The notes: generated from the sequence alone by a model not told the origin. DNA of 64,000 bases from Octopus sinensis (GCF_006345805.1 NC_043000.1:21142001-21206000); one strand, 5' to 3'. Shown: positions 10,896-22,780, numbered from the stretch's first letter. Numbers and translations are program-made.

Positions 10896-13800
10896 TCAGT
10901 AGTTTTATATTTATAGCGTGCTTTCACTTCACTACCGAGCGCAGCTCTGTGTGCCTTGGGTATGTGCTGTGATTTGTTGTGATGCTCTGATGGTTATTGT
11001 ATGGAAAGTGTTCTGCGTAGGATTGTGTGCAGTGCCTAGTAGTGCAATTTTCTGTATGTTATATGTGTTTGTAAGTCCTGGTGTTTTTGTTATGTATTTG
11101 TCTGAATATTTTTTTATCATGCCTAATGCACCTACTATGATAGGAATTGTTTCTGTTTTCAGGTCCACATTCTAGTTACCTCTATTTCCAGGTCTTTGTA
11201 TTTTGAGAGTTTCTCCATTTCTTTTAGAGACACGTTGTCATCTGCCGGTATTGATACATCAATTAGAAAGCATTTTTTTTCTTCATGATCTCACAACTAT
11301 ATCTGGTCTGTTGGCCTTAATTTCTCTATCTGTGTGTATCGGCATATCCCAGAGTATGGTTGCTTTCTCGTTTTCTGTGACCTTTTCTGGTGTGTGCCTA
11401 TACCATCTTTTTTCTGTTGTTATTCCATAATGTTGGCATAGCTTCCAATGTATGTAGGTTCCAACTCTGTCATGTCTGTAATATATTCCTTCTTAGCCAG
11501 GACTGGGCAGCTAGAGATAATATGATTTATGTTTCTTGTCCATCTCCACATATTCTGCAGTTACTTGTAATATTTCTTTTCATTACATGTTTTTGGTAAT
11601 TTCTGGTGGGGAGGCTTTGGTCTTGTGCTGCAATTAAAAATCCCTCTGTTTCTGCTTTGAGTCCTGAGCTTCTCAACCATTGCTGGAATTTTTCTTTGTC
11701 TATTTCTTTTGCGTTTAGTTTAGTGCAGTATTTACCATGAAGGGGTTTTTCTTGCCATCGTTTTATCATGGCTCGTTGCTGTTCTATTTTTAGTTTGGAT
11801 TTCATTTGTTTTATAGCTTTTGTTGTTTCTTCATCATCTTCTTCTTCTTCTTTGTGTTTATAGGTGGTATGATTTCTTGTTTGTATTTGTCAGCTTCCTT
11901 AAATACTGAGAACAGTTTTGTGTTTGCTCGTGTTTTGCTGCTATCTGGATCAGTTTTCCTTCCCTCTGAAGTAGGTATTTTTGCAGTCCTATGGTGGTTA
12001 TTTTATAGTAGTTTTCCAGCTGTATAAGGCCTCTACCACCTTCATACGTTGTATATATAGTCTTCTATGTCAGATTTTGGGTGATGCATCCTAGATCCTG
12101 TCAGTATTTTTCTTGTTTTCCTATCTATTTTGGACAGTTCTTTCGTGTCCAGTTAAGGATATTGTAGCTGTAACTTATAACTGGGACAGCTAAAGTGTTG
12201 ATACCTATTATTGTTTTAGCATTGAGCTCTGTTTTTAGTATTGATCTAACTCGTCTATAATATTCTTTTTTTATTTTCTCTTTCATTTGTGTGTGTTGTG
12301 TCTTATCTAGTTCATGGATTCCTAAGTATTTGTAAGTTTGGCTTTGGTCTAATTCTTTTATTTCATTGGTTTTATCTAGTGTGATGTTGTTACTCTTAAT
12401 TAGTTTTCCTCTTTCATGGTTACTTTGGCGCATTTTCTAATCCAAATTTCATATCTATTTCTTTGGTAAATCCATGAACTGTCTTTAATAATGTTTCCAG
12501 CTGTTTGTCATTTGCAGCGTATAGTTTTAGGTCATCCATATATAAAAGGTGGCTGATCGTTTTGCTGTAACATTTATATCCGCATCCAGTTCTATTTAGC
12601 ATATCAGATAGAGGTGACAGTGCCAAGCAGAAAAGGAGTGAGAGAGCGCGTGTCTCCCTGGAAATTCCTCTTCTAATGGGGATGTCTTTGGTTTTCATGA
12701 GACCTCTTTTGTTTGGAGGTGTAGGACTGTTTGCCATTTATTCATAGAGTGCTCTATGAATTTTATGATTGTTGTGCTACTTTGTTAATGGCTAGTGTTC
12801 GAGGATCCATGTGTGGGGAATGCTATCAAACGCCTTTTTGTAGTCAATCCAGGCCATACTGAGGCCTTTCTTCTTTCTGTGGCTGTCTTCCGTAACGGCT
12901 TTATTAATCGTTAGTTGATCTTTACAGCCATATGAGCCTTTGCGGCATCCTTTTGCTCTTCTGGGAACAGTTTGTTTTCGTCCAGGTGCTTGTTCAGCCT
13001 TTGCGATATCACTGCAGTAAATGCCTTGAACATAGTAGGGAGGCAGGTTATTGGTCTGTAGTTTTCTGGTTTTGTTGTTTCCTTGATTTGGGAAAGATGG
13101 TTTTCCCTTCGTGAGCCATTCAGGCATTGTCTCTGGCTCTGCTAGTACTTTGTTAAAGTTTTCAGCCAGCTTTTTGTGCATTCCTGTTAGATATTTCAAC
13201 CAGAAGTCGGGGATCTTGTCATGCCCAGGTGCCTTCCAGTTGCTTAGTTTTTGCAGTGCCTGGGTGACCTCTTCAGTTGTTATGGGGGTCCAAAGTTGTT
13301 CGGATGCTGAGTTTGTTATTTTGATACTCTTTTTTTTTGGCTGTTCGTTCGCCGACCATATTTCTCTCCAGAATTCTTCCAATTCTTCTGCCGTTGGTGC
13401 TGCAGTGACTTCTATTTTATTTTTGCCCAGTTCTTGGTAGAACTTTTTGGGGTTGGAGTTGAACTTTTTGTTCTGTTCAAAGAAGCGTTGGCGTTTCTAG
13501 TACCGGCGGATCCTTTGAGCTTTGGCAAGGATATCTTGCTTCAGCTTTTCTTTTATCTCCGGCAAATCTTTTTTTATGATGTTATATTTGCGGAGTATTT
13601 TTGTTCTCTTTTTGTTGCTCAGTAGCGTTGATTGTTTGCTGATTTCATTAAGAATCGACAGGTCTTTTCTAATTTTTTTAATTTTGTTTTGGATGTTATT
13701 TATCCACAGGGTTTGTTTGGGTGGTGGTACTCCTGTTTGGGCGGCTTTTGGTTAGTATCCAGCTTCTTTTGTGGCTGCAGTGGCTGCTGCGTATATTATG

Positions 13801-14889
13801 TCATTTAGCTCAGTGATATCACTTTTTTTTTGTTTCAGTGGCTAGTTCAGTGACGGCTAGGTTTATGCTGTTTATAATCGGTGTTGTTATTTCGTTTATT
13901 TTGATTCTTGGGAGGTATGGTCGGTGGTCCATTTTGGGCTCTGTGGTTTTCAGCTCTTTGATTATTTTATTTTTTATATTATCATAATCATTAGGCTCCC
14001 CTTCGTTGTTTACATCGTGTTTGTTGGGAATGTTGCGTTTGTCTTCGTGTTTTACAGTTTCAGTGTTTATATTATTGGGCATTGTTGTGTGGCTTCTATC
14101 TACATTTTCCTGGTGTATTTTTTCTTTTAAATGTTCTATTTCTATTTCTGATATTTTTTTGGCTTTGAGAATGTATCTTCGTACGTTAGCTAATTTATTA
14201 GGGTTCATTGCTGTATCCAAGTCTATATCTCTATTATTTTCCTTCCATATTTTATATGTATGTGTTGTTGTATTTTCATTTTTTGGGTAGAGCATTGCTG
14301 TGAAGTATGCGTGTAAGATAGAAATGTATTCCTCACGTGTCCATTTACGTCTTTTGGGTTTTATTTGCGGGACATGTGGTACAACGTCCGGCCCATTATT
14401 TTGACGGTCGTCATATTCGTAGGGTACCGGTCCGTTTATTTCTGCTGTCACATTATTTCGCACGTGTAGTTTTCGTACATTTTTTGTTGTAAGTTTAATG
14501 TACGTACCGCTCGATTGTTATTCTTGGGTTGAATAGTATCGGTGGCATTTAATTTCTTCGTAGTTCCTTTGTACATGGTGTTTGCGGTGGGGGATGATCG
14601 TGATGTTCCACGCATGTTTACATGTGTTGTGTTAGAGGTGGAGATGATATCGAGTCAAAATACATCATTTCGTTTCGAAAATAGTAATAAATTTCAATTA
14701 GTATTACTTACTCGGATACAGTCCAATTCTTTGTTAGTAAATCTTTGGCTCCATAGGATGTCCTTGTTTTCGATGTTTGTGGATAGATTTCGGAGCTCTG
14801 TATTTTCCTTCTTACATCTTAAACGTTCCACGGTTTTCTCCTTAAACGTTCCCCGGTGTTCTCCTTAAACGTTCCCCGGTGTTCCCCGG

Positions 14890-14890
<1 letters not shown>
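10896..14890 (-). mobile_element. Near-full-length R4/Dong-like non-LTR retrotransposon (subfamily A), frameshifted
   Basis: In order: Myb-like RRKWTREEY (13819-14463); RT motifs WKAPGHDKI, QKGCRKGS..GCKDQL, WIDYKKAFDSIPH, SHLLYMDDLKLYA, YKYLG; CRICG zinc knuckle; ANRPDIVV and LIDVSIP..KLSKYKDL restriction-like endonuclease; PIIVGALG; flanked by (TTA)n on both sides. Confidence 0.93.
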
Positions 14891-14942
<52 letters not shown>

Positions 14943-14947
14943 TATTA

Positions 14948-15027
14948 TTCAGTAGTCTTATATTTTTATAACGTGCTTTCATGCACTACCGAACGCAGCT
15001 CTGTGTGTCTTGGGTATGTGCGTGGTC
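14948..15027 (-). mobile_element. Very short subfamily A 3' UTR stub
   Basis: TTCAGTAG..CACTACCGA.CGCAGCTCTGTGTG.CTTGGGTATGTGC matches 10896-10970; between (TTA)n runs. Confidence 0.85.
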
Positions 15028-15052
15028 ATTATTATTATTATTATTATTATTA

Positions 15053-15406
15053 TTCAGTAGTTTTATTTTTATAGCGTGCTTCACTTCACTACCGAGCGCA
15101 GCTCTGTGTGCCTTGGGTATGTGCTGTGATTTGTTGTGATGCTCTGATGGTTATTGTATGGAAAGTGTTCTGCGTAGGATGTGTGCAGTGCCTAGTAGTG
15201 CAATTTTCTGTATGTTATATGTGTTTGTAAGTCCTGGTGTTTTTGTTATGTATTTGTCTGAATATTTTTTTATCATGCCTAATGCACCTACTATGATAGG
15301 AATTGTTTCTGTTTTCAGGTTCCACATTCTAGTTACCTCTATTTCCAGGTCTTTGTATTTTGAGAGTTTCTCCATTTCTTTTAGAGACACGTTGTCATCT
15401 GCCGGT
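15053..15406 (-). mobile_element. 5'-truncated subfamily A RLE-LINE copy
   Basis: Near-identical to 10896-11250; ORF 15151-15429 reads IPADDNVSLKEMEKLSKYKDLEIEVTRMW..PIIVGALG..LLGTAHILRR. Confidence 0.92.
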
Positions 15407-15425
15407 ATTATTATTATTATCATCA

Positions 15426-15486
<61 letters not shown>

Positions 15487-15933
15487 GCGAGCTGGCGGAA
15501 TCGTTAGAGCATCGGAAAATGCATTGCGATTTTGACTAATCCATGCCTTTTGCTAAAATCAGGAACAATCGTTACCTTTTTTATTATTACTATCAGAATC
15601 CCTTTGCTGAATCCAGCTTCTTTTTTTCAGAGCATTCCCGTGATATTCAAAATGAAGTTTTCATTTGTATTGAAGATGATCAATATGCAAATGCTGCTTG
15701 AATTCAATTGCTGTTATAGAACCATTTGACAAACTTTACCATAAATAGTAGAGAGGCCTCCCGCTTCTTGATAAAGATTGATATGAAACTATACTGAGTT
15801 AGTTGAATCGTTGTGCTTCCATATTTATTCATTTATTTATTTATTTATTTATTTTGATGCTCATAATGGGCTCAAAATTCTGTAAGTACGAATAAGACAA
15901 AACTAGTTTTAAACGGAATATTCCCCCGCAACC

Positions 15934-16365
15934 ATAGCTGTGTGGTAAAAAAGTTTACCTCCTGACCACCATGTGGTTAGGAGGTAATCTCTGACATCCA
16001 ATAAAAATTACTAATGGTCCAAGATTAAATTAAAAACAAGCTATAATTTTATAGATTGTACATAATCCACAAGTGTTGGTAGGAACTAAGAATAATGGTA
16101 AGACTGTATTCGAGATTTATACACGGGGATCAGAAAGGAATTCACAAGCGAAATAATCTTTTGCTGATAACCCAGTAAACTTACTGATACTGTTGCAGGG
16201 CTAAAACTGATAAGTACCATCTACTCTAGTCCCATGTAGACTAAAGCCTTATGTGTAGATTTGAGACCGATAGAATAAGTACCAGGCTTAGAGAAAATAA
16301 GTTTTGGGGTCGACTTTTCGATTAAGAGGGTTCCTCAGCATGGCTGCAGTCCAATGAAATGAAAC
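15934..16365 (+). mobile_element. Old SINE-A copy interrupted by a 230 bp copied segment
   Basis: Head-like 15934-15982 and body/tail-like 16213-16365 flank 15984-16213, which duplicates 18360-18599. Confidence 0.65.
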
Positions 16366-16457
16366 AAATGAAAATATAAAAAATATATTAAAAAGTGAAA
16401 TATTCTAATAAATCGTTTTAGCATTGGAACTCGAAGTAGATAAAGCATATAGAACAA

Positions 16458-18176
16458 TCTATATATATATATAACTGAGAATGTGTGTCTGTCTGTCTGT
16501 CTGTCTGTGTGTTTCCCTAAAACTTGAGAACTACACAACCAATTTCATTCAAATTTTACATATGCCTTACTTAGGGTCCGGGGAGTGTCATCGGCAAAAA
16601 TTTTTTAACTTTTTCCTAGGTCGAGCCCACAGCAATATCATATCTTCTCCACTATGATTCCATAAAATTCATTCAAATTTTACACACGCCTTACTTAGGG
16701 TCCATGTAGTTTCATGGGCAAAAAAATGCTCATTTTCTTGCCTAGGGCGAGCCCATAGCAATATCATATCTTCTCCACTATTTCAGTATTACGTGTTAAA
16801 AGTGAAACAAAAACATTTCTCTATTTTATGTCAGATACTTTCACTAACAATAAAAATTAGAGATAATAATAACAATTGAATTATATGTAGCAAATAATAA
16901 TTAAAATCAAACTAAATTAAATCGTAACATAACAATTAAAAGTAAAAATAGCAATTGGTATAAAATTGCATCAATGACTTGAACTTGAATAAGTGGTTTC
17001 ACATGAATGGGAATAAATTAAAAATAAAATTAGTGTGCAGAAATGGAATAGTCCAGATGGCGCTGTGCACATACCCTTTACCACGGCTTTTACATTAGAT
17101 TATCTGCTAATTAGCTAGCATTAAGATTCTATATAAAGTTTGGCTGTATGTAATGTCTGTTTTCTCGAACAGCCGCTTCTACTGACTACTGCTGTTGGTT
17201 TATTTCTTATACATAAAGGACTATAGCTTCAACTGAGTACTGCTTTTCGATTCACTGTAAGGTTTGTTGTTATTATTATTACTGTTTAACTATTGTTATC
17301 ACGTTTGTTGGTTCCTCATAAGGGAAGCGTTGTTGTGTTGCATTTGTTAAATAATTGTAAACTGTAACCCTCCTCCTTTGGGAGAAGGAGCTTCGGTTAT
17401 TGTTTAAAAATTGAATTGTGTCCCTGTTTGGGGAAATTGACAATATTTTCACCGTTTATACGGAAGCATTTTTGTTAAAATGCCTTCGATAGAAGAAAGT
17501 CCAAACATGAATTTCGCTGCAGCCGTCGGCGGGCGCGAACTCATTAAAATTAAAATGGAAGAAATACAAACCTATTTCGGATTGATCACCGACAAAGACG
17601 GTGAATCTAGGATAACACCACAAAACGAAATAAAAAATTAAATTAAAGAAAAGACTATTGTCTATAAAGTATAGAATGTAGAGAAAAAAAGATTTGAACA
17701 CCTGGAGGAAAGCACCATTGAAAAGTGTCTTGGTGCGACTGTGAAAGATATCTAACCAGAGGCGGTAAATTCGCCACAATAGAAGCAAGGTTTTGAGTGT
17801 TCAAGGGAGCGTTCAAGGGAGTACTCGACTCGAACCTTGCAAAGTGGAAATATCTTATTTATACCTTTATATCTGGGACGTAGAACGTCCCGGAAAAAAA
17901 TTTAAAATGTCCCCCCAGAAGTAGAGGTAGGCTGGATTGTAGCCCCACTTCTATACAAGAGGGAGGACAAGATACAATTGATCGAAATTGCAAGAGACGG
18001 GCCTACAATTCCAGTCTGTTATATATTTTGAGTATTGTTATCACTAGCGATATCAAGATATAACTTTGTATTTTGTATTTTATGTGTAGATGTATATATA
18101 TAGATGTACATGTAATATGTACACATATATACATGCACTAGCACTATGACCCGGCAACGACGGGTCATAATGCTAG
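16458..18176 (+). mobile_element. Non-autonomous Helitron with internal cargo
   Basis: Starts A^TCTATATATA..GTGTGTCTGTCTG; ends with hairpin TATGACCCG-GCAACGA-CGGGTCATA (18145-18169) then GCTAG; internal tandem duplication of about 125 bp (16525-16790). Confidence 0.75.
17480..18050 (+). pseudogene. Decayed L1/Tx1-like ORF1 fragment inside the Helitron
   Basis: MPSIEESPNMNFAAAVGGRELIKIK, NVPPEVEVGWIVAP and DGPTIPVCYI resemble Tx1-type ORF1 segments; several stops. Confidence 0.45.
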
Positions 18177-19917
18177 GAGCTTATAAAACAGTGAGTTCAA
18201 AAAAAGTTTTGGATAGAAAAGTTGAAGTCTTCCTGTGATATTGTTACATGCTTTTTCTTCTTCGAGTTCCACCGTTAAAATAATTTATTCCGTATCTTTC
18301 GAAGTGTCAAATTAACTAATTAATTTTAAAATATCATAATGAAATATGGTATTTTCAGTGTAATCTCTGACATCCAATAAAAATTACTAATGGCCCAAGA
18401 TTAAATTAAAAACAAGCTATAATTCTATAGATTGTACATAATCCACAACAGTGTTGGTAGGAACCAAGAATAATGGTAAGAATGTATTCGGGAATTATGC
18501 TCGGAGATCAGAGAGGAATTCACAAGGGATTAGCGAAATAATCTTTTGATGGTAACCCAGTAAACTTATTGATACTGATGCAGGGCTACAACCTGATAAT
18601 AGGTCATACATCACCACAATTGCCTAATTGATATTTTATGCTTTTTCTCAGTTACAAATAGAAAATGTATACAAATAGCTAAAATATCAAATTATAGACA
18701 ACGATTGAAAAGCAAAATGATTTTACGATAGCAATGAATAATAAAACATAAATGGCGACTTCACTAAACCTTTCCATCTTTACACAAAAGTTCAAGAATC
18801 GGGACACATGCAGATAGTCACACTCAGCCTGATCTTACATTAACTTCCTTCACCTTTCACAAAGCCACCATGTGGCCATTCCCTTCCTCTAGCTTCCAGC
18901 GATCCAATCAGCTTACTGAACAACTTTTATTGTTTTGTAAATCAATATTATGTGTTTTATAACGAGAACTGAAACAAAAACGAGAACTGAAAAAATATGT
19001 ATACACAATCACAATAACATACAGGTTTTTATTGACAGAAAATTCAAAAAGGATAGCTAACAACACAAAATACTGAAAATTACTGCTAAGTATCGCAGCT
19101 CGGTTAACTCCGTCCTCATTTCCATCACTAATCTATTTGATTTCACATTTTATTGAATATTTGTCCCAGTTTTACCTCTGAAATTCCTCTCTGGTTGAGG
19201 ACCTATGATCAAATACAGCCTTCCTGTTTTAAGACCGGACATAGCTGAATGGTTAAGATGTTCGCTTTGCAGATTGTTTATTCGAGTTCGATCGCACTGA
19301 GTATTACTTAGAGCAAATGTTGTTTATCATTCCAAGGGTTGCTGAAAGACTTGTGATTGAAGTTTGTTAGTTGGAAGCCATTCCTGTGCTTGGGCGATAA
19401 AATTAAACTGGTTGAGGAATTAATACCATTTGACCACCACTGGCAACTTACACATTAACAGTGACCATATGATTTATGTGATACGAAGCGATAGCGGTAG
19501 AGGCATAAGGTCAATCTAAACAGCCTTTGAATGTCTCATGATATCACTTAGGCTACAACTGCTGAACAGAAAAGAAAGAAATTAGTATATTCCATACATA
19601 CTCAAAACTGAGAACAACATCTTCAGAGTTGGAGAATAACTATTGCGCAGGTACTCTGAGAATACAATTGTGCGACCCAAAGGAAGCTGCACTAGCCTAC
19701 TTGGACAGAAGCCTGGATGGGAAGCAGGAATCATACCAGCAAAAAGTAATACATGGGGACACATCCCGTAGACTGGACGTCAACAATAACAGTGACAGGA
19801 AGAATAGCCTCTCCAGGATCTGCGATAGGAGATATCGCAATCCAAGAACATGATTTAGCTAATAAATACCTGATAAGTAAGAGGGACAAAGATACTACCA
19901 AACTGGTAGTTCTTCTA

Positions 19918-20147
19918 CATAATTTACATTTGACGGATATTTGTCCTCATCTTGTTTGTTGTTAACACAATATTTTTTTCGGGTGATATACCATCCAGCC
20001 TTCATCAGGTGTCTTGGGAAATTTCGAACCTGGGTTCTCATTCCTAAGGTATTTTTCGCTGTTATTATTATTATCATTACTCAGGTCACTTCTGGAAACG
20101 AACTCGGAATATTGGGGTTAGTAGCCCGAGCCCTTAACCACTACGCC
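19918..20147 (-). mobile_element. tRNA-headed SINE-like element containing a hammerhead ribozyme-like motif
   Basis: GGCGTAGTGGTTAAG (A box) and GAGTTCGTTTCC (B box), a (TAA)-like spacer, then ACAC-CTGATGA-A-GGCTGG..TCACCC-GAAA..TT-GTGT. Confidence 0.7.
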
Positions 20148-20410
20148 ATATATATATTCTTTCTCAATCCACTTTTTTCTTTTACTTTTTCACGTTTCTT
20201 CTCGTTCTTTCACTCTTTTTCATCAACGAGTGGCCATGTTTTAGTTTGAGCCTGAATGATTGCCTGAAAATATACGGCAAAATGCTTGTCCAACCATTGT
20301 ATTATCAGAAACACGAAACTTATTGTAGCTCGCATTTAACTCCAGTCTATATTAAATTATATTTATCTCTCAATGAATGGGGTACTTTTTTGTTGATCTA
20401 CCAATATGGA

Positions 20411-20795
20411 ATGGAAGCACTCCGTCGGTTACGACGATGAGGGTTCCGGTTGATCCGAATCAACGGAACAGCCTGCTCGTGAAATTAACGTGTAAGTGGC
20501 TGAGCACTCCACAGACACGGGTACCCTTAACGTAGTTCTCAGGGATATTCAGCGTGACACAGAGAGTGACAAGGCCGGCCCTTTGAAATACAGGTACAAC
20601 AGAAACAGGAAGTAAGAGTGAGAGAAAGTGTGGTGAAAGAGTACAGCAGGGATCACCACCATCCCCTGCGGGGCCTCGTGGAGCTTTTAGGTGTTTTCGC
20701 TCAATAAACACTTACAACGCCCGGTCTGGGAATCGAAACCGCGATCCTACGACCGCGAGTCCGCTGCCCAAACCACTGGGCCATTGCGCCTCCAC
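20411..20795 (-). mobile_element. SINE-B, tail type i, full length
   Basis: Reverse complement has the SINE-B head and the GAGTGCTCAGCCACTTACACGTTAATTTCACGAGCAGGCTGTTCCG tail. Confidence 0.92.
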
Positions 20796-20842
20796 AAATC
20801 TACCAATAACAGAACAGTGCATCCTATATGTTTTTCTCCGAC

Positions 20843-20973
20843 CTGAAAAAATGTCGCTCTTCGAACAAATTCCTTGGCCATATTTATTCGCCATTGAGTG
20901 AAAAACCCTCCCTTGTCATCCTCGTTACTAACAATGAAATGAGCTGGTGATTTGTCTGCTGGAAGCTTGTAAC
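20843..20973 (-). CDS. Candidate coding exon, unidentified product
   Basis: TAG|G..CAG|GT boundaries; 131 nt open frame GYKLPADKSPAHFIVSNEDDKGGFFTQWRINMAKEFVRRATFFQ within a 102-aa non-repeat ORF; splice sites only moderate. Confidence 0.35.
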
Positions 20974-21283
20974 CTACGATGCTATTTTTCATCAATTGCA
21001 ATATAAAATAATCTAGTAACAGGTTATTTCTTTCATCAGATTTGACGTTAAACATTATATACGGCCTGGCTTAAGAACTGATTATATACGATAACATTCA
21101 AAATTCATCTACTTGACTTGCAGTGCAATTAAATCAATTCTTTGGGTATATTTTAAGTCAATAAACACGTACTTACCAAGTTTATCTCATCGTTATTCTA
21201 ATTTCCCCTTGTTGTTGTTGTTGTTGTTTCAGTTGTAAGAAAACAGTTGAAGTGGCAAGATGCAAGCTTTTCAAAATGACATT

Positions 21284-21692
21284 ACTCTTTTACTCTTTTA
21301 CTTGTTTCAGTCATATGACTGCGGCCATGCTGGAGCATCGCCTTTAGTCGAGCAAATCGACCCCGGGACTTATTCTTTGTAAGCCCAGTACTTATTCTAT
21401 CGGTCTCTTTTGCCGAACCGCTAAGTGACGGGGACGTAAACACACCAGCATCGGTTGTCAAGCAATGCTAGGGGGACAAACACAGACACACAAACACACG
21501 CATACATATATATATATATACATATATACGACAGGCTTCTTTCAGTTTCCGTCTACCAAATCCACTCACAAGGCATTGGTCGGCCCGGGGCTATAGCAGT
21601 AGACACTTGCCCAAGATGCCACGCAGTGGGACTGAACCCGGAACCATGTGGTTGGTTAGCAAGCTACTTACCACACAGCCACTCCTGTGCCT
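21284..21692 (-). mobile_element. SINE-A full length
   Basis: Complete head, internal (AT)/(GT) tract and GGTGCTCCAGCATGGCCGCAGTC..GTAAAAGAGTAAAAGAG tail. Confidence 0.93.
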
Positions 21693-21882
21693 TACATATA
21701 TTGGAAAGTAAAGAAAACTTAAATTATAAGCAATAGACTTAGACATTTGTTTAAACTAAAGTATTTAGCGGCGTTATTGATTTGAGGTTTCAACAAATAA
21801 TTAAGTGGATGAGAGGTTTTTAGAAATAATGGTTTCGAGTTAGGACCTACTTTGGTACTATATACGTAACCAATGTATACAT

Positions 21883-22278
21883 AGGCGCAGGAGTGGCTGT
21901 GTGGTAAGTAGCTTGTTTACCAACCACATGGTTCCGGGTTCAGTCCCACAGCGTGGCACCTTGGGCAAGTGTCTTCTACTATAGCCTCGGGCTGACCAAA
22001 GCCTTGTGAGTGGATTTGGTAGACGGAAACTGAAAAGAAGCCCGTCGTATATATGTATATATATATATATGCGTGTGTGTGTTTGTGTATCTGTGTTTGT
22101 CCCCCTAGCATTGGTGTGTTTATGTCCCCATTACTTAGCGGTTCGGCAAAAGAGACCGATAGAATAAGTACTGGGATTACAAAAGAATAAGTCCCGGGGT
22201 CGAGTTGCTCGATTAAAAGGCGGTGCTCCAGCATGGCCGCAGTCAAATGACTGAAACAAGTAAAAGAGTAAAAGAGAG
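21883..22278 (+). mobile_element. SINE-A full length
   Basis: Same consensus, opposite orientation to 21284-21692. Confidence 0.93.
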
Positions 22279-22780
22279 ATACCCAATGTTTTAGTCATTG
22301 GATTACCAGTCATGCTAGAGCGCCACCTTGTGAGATTAGTCGAACAATTCGATCTCGAAACTTATTTTAAGTTAATTTCTTATCGTATGACTAAAATACC
22401 CAGCACTAGTTGCAAAGTGATAAGGTGGGGATGACAAACACAAACTCTGCACTTGCACAAAAAGCACGCATGCGTAATCACACAAAAGACACATACACGT
22501 ACATATACATACACACACATACATACATGCATGCATACATACATACATACATACATACATACATACATACATACTACATACATACATACATACATACGTA
22601 CATACATAGATGCATACGTACGTATGTACTGGCCGGTGCAAAAGTAGGTTGACAGTCTTTTTTTTCAGGGTTGTGAGTTGTAATGGCGGTTAATTTGACA
22701 CATAACGTCAATTTAATTTTGTGCCACCCTGTACATAAACACACACACATATATATATCATATATAAATTTATATAAACG

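Noticed and set aside
14465-14890. HDV-like ribozyme expected in the 5' UTR of R2/R4-type LINEs
   Set aside because: The region is AT-rich and I could not find the nested pseudoknot pairings by eye; an Infernal/RNAMotif search would be needed
19500-19915. Possible Gypsy protease/pol fragment (SLLG motif)
   Set aside because: A single weak motif with frameshifts; insufficient evidence
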